NCBI GenBank assembly: GCA_043822925.1
Contig: JBDRBF010000074.1
Location: 1-17,162 of the forward strand
Reading direction: 5' to 3'
Length of the DNA: 17,162 nucleotides
Source of the DNA: a bacterium
GTDB taxonomy: Bacteria; Babelota; Babeliae; Babelales; RVW-14
This document shows positions 15,720 to 17,162 of the stretch, piece by piece (within the stretch, counting starts at the first letter, position 1; the number at the start of each line of letters is the position of its first letter). The notes under the pieces are model-generated. The model searched no databases. It was given only the letters and a program-made list of their open reading frames with translations, and had not been told where the DNA came from. Position numbers and translations under genes: made by a program.

Positions 15720-17162
15720 TTAAACGAAATCAACAGAGTTTTTACGCACTTCTCTTATTGCCTGAACTGTTTTTGTCGTCGATTTATCAGCTATGTAATT
15801 TATAATTTTAACAGCACCGCCATACGCTATTACAGCATCATACCCAGCAATATTTTCAGCTTTATAATCTCCACCCTTAACCAAAACATCAGGCTGCAAA
15901 TACTCAACAAGTTCTCGTGGTGTATCCTGAGCAAACGAAGTCACAAAATCAACTACACCTATAGCAGACATTACAGAAACACGTTCTAATAAGTCGTTAA
16001 TTGGGCGGGCAGGCCCCTTAAAGCGTTTAACCGATTCGTCAGTATTAAGCGCAACAACCAGAATGTCTCCCTGTTTTTTTGCGCCAACAAGTGTATGTAT
16101 GTGGCCTGAATGCAACAAATCAAAGCATCCATTAGTAAATACTATACGTTTTCCCTCAGACTTAAGCCAATCTAGTTCAATTTTCAAACGAGCCCAATTG
16201 TGCACCACTTTTTCAGACATTTCGAGTTCTTTATCAATAAGCTCTTCTAAACTTACGGCATATGTCGTCATGTGCGAAACAGCAACAGATGCCGCCATAT
16301 TGGCTAAGCACAAAGAATCTTTCATAGAAATATCATGAGCAAGTGCTAACGCAAGAAATGCAAACACTGTATCTCCTGCACCAGAAACGTCATAAACTTC
16401 CCGTTTGATTGCCGGAGAAAAAATATCTTGAGTGTGCGATATAAAACGAATGCCTTTTTCACCCATCGTTACAATAAGCCCATCAAGTGCTAATAAATCA
16501 CATATTTTGCGAGCATTAGTATCCATAGATTCTTCTGGCGACAAATTAAAATGTTTCACCATCTGGCCAAACGCCGCTAAATTAGGCTTTAAATAATTCA
16601 CACCCCGATATTTTTCAAACGCAGGCCCTTTGGGATCGGCCAGAACAAGCGTATTACTCGCACGAGCTTTTTGGACCACATGCGCTATGACACGCGAATC
16701 AACAACCCCCTTATTATAATCAGAAATTAAAACAACAGAGTCAGGGGCAAAACACGCATCTATACGTTCTTTTATCGCATCAAATTCTTTAAGACTTAAT
16801 AGTTCTTCGCTTTCATGGTCAATACGTAAACACTGATGCGTACCAGAAATTATACGCCGTTTGCACGTCGTCTGACGATTGTGAACAGAGATAAGCGAAG
16901 CTGGATTAAGACCAATATTTGTAAATAAAGAACAAATCTTTTTGCCTTCAAAATCAGACTCGTTAATTAAAGCTACAACATCGATATCAAGGCCTATATG
17001 CCGACAATTGGCAGCTACGTTAGCCGCCCCACCTAGTCGCCACTCAACACGTTCCTGTTTAACAACCGGAACCGGGGCTTCTGGTGAAATACGCGACACA
17101 GAGCCAAAAACATACTCATCGAGCATGGCATCACCAATCAAAAGCACACGTTTACAGGGAGC
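15720..17162 (-). CDS. hldE: Bifunctional heptose-7-phosphate kinase / heptose-1-phosphate adenylyltransferase HldE, 5'-truncated
   Basis: IGDAMLDEY, RISPEAPVPV, GGAANVA, SDYNKG, DPKG, DVSGAGDT, then VFTNGCFDLLHSGH, LNTDESV..FKG..RP, LVKGGDY, STT. The frame is open to the window edge (APCKRVLLIG). Confidence 0.97.
   Translation of the reverse strand, partial: APCKRVLLIGDAMLDEYVFGSVSRISPEAPVPVVKQERVEWRLGGAANVAANCRHIGLDIDVVALINESDFEGKKICSLFTNIGLNPASLISVHNRQTTCKRRIISGTHQCLRIDHESEELLSLKEFDAIKERIDACFAPDSVVLISDYNKGVVDSRVIAHVVQKARASNTLVLADPKGPAFEKYRGVNYLKPNLAAFGQMVKHFNLSPEESMDTNARKICDLLALDGLIVTMGEKGIRFISHTQDIFSPAIKREVYDVSGAGDTVFAFLALALAHDISMKDSLCLANMAASVAVSHMTTYAVSLEELIDKELEMSEKVVHNWARLKIELDWLKSEGKRIVFTNGCFDLLHSGHIHTLVGAKKQGDILVVALNTDESVKRFKGPARPINDLLERVSVMSAIGVVDFVTSFAQDTPRELVEYLQPDVLVKGGDYKAENIAGYDAVIAYGGAVKIINYIADKSTTKTVQAIREVRKNSVDFV

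Overview
AT-rich bacterial chromosomal window of mostly housekeeping genes in unusual order. Left to right: 5'-truncated helical-repeat protein; small secreted protein; PilW/PilF-like TPR protein divergent from a dnaA that has no rpmH or dnaN neighbour; two-domain putative lipoprotein; rsmH; spoVG; tRNA-Gln(TTG); translationally coupled lpxA - GnnA-like oxidoreductase - lpxI; 852-aa secreted orphan; and a minus-strand hldE (partial) - murD - ftsW run. The scrambled core genes, SpoVG and many secreted orphans suggest a reduced, host-associated lineage such as Babelota (TM6/Dependentiae); this is inference only. Main signals: (1) a family of GTCA/TGAC-tagged palindromic elements, five occurrences. 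One shell (TGGATCCCAGAT...TCTGGGATGAC) carries three different cargoes, one copy is nested three layers deep and supplies a stop codon, and a relative lies in frame inside murD. (2) An lpxA-gnnA-like-lpxI unit pointing to diaminoglucose-type lipid A, with an atypical LpxA and a terminator-like hairpin in its first codons. (3) An HldE kinase domain lacking the NxxE glutamate. No transposase, CRISPR array or prophage is visible.
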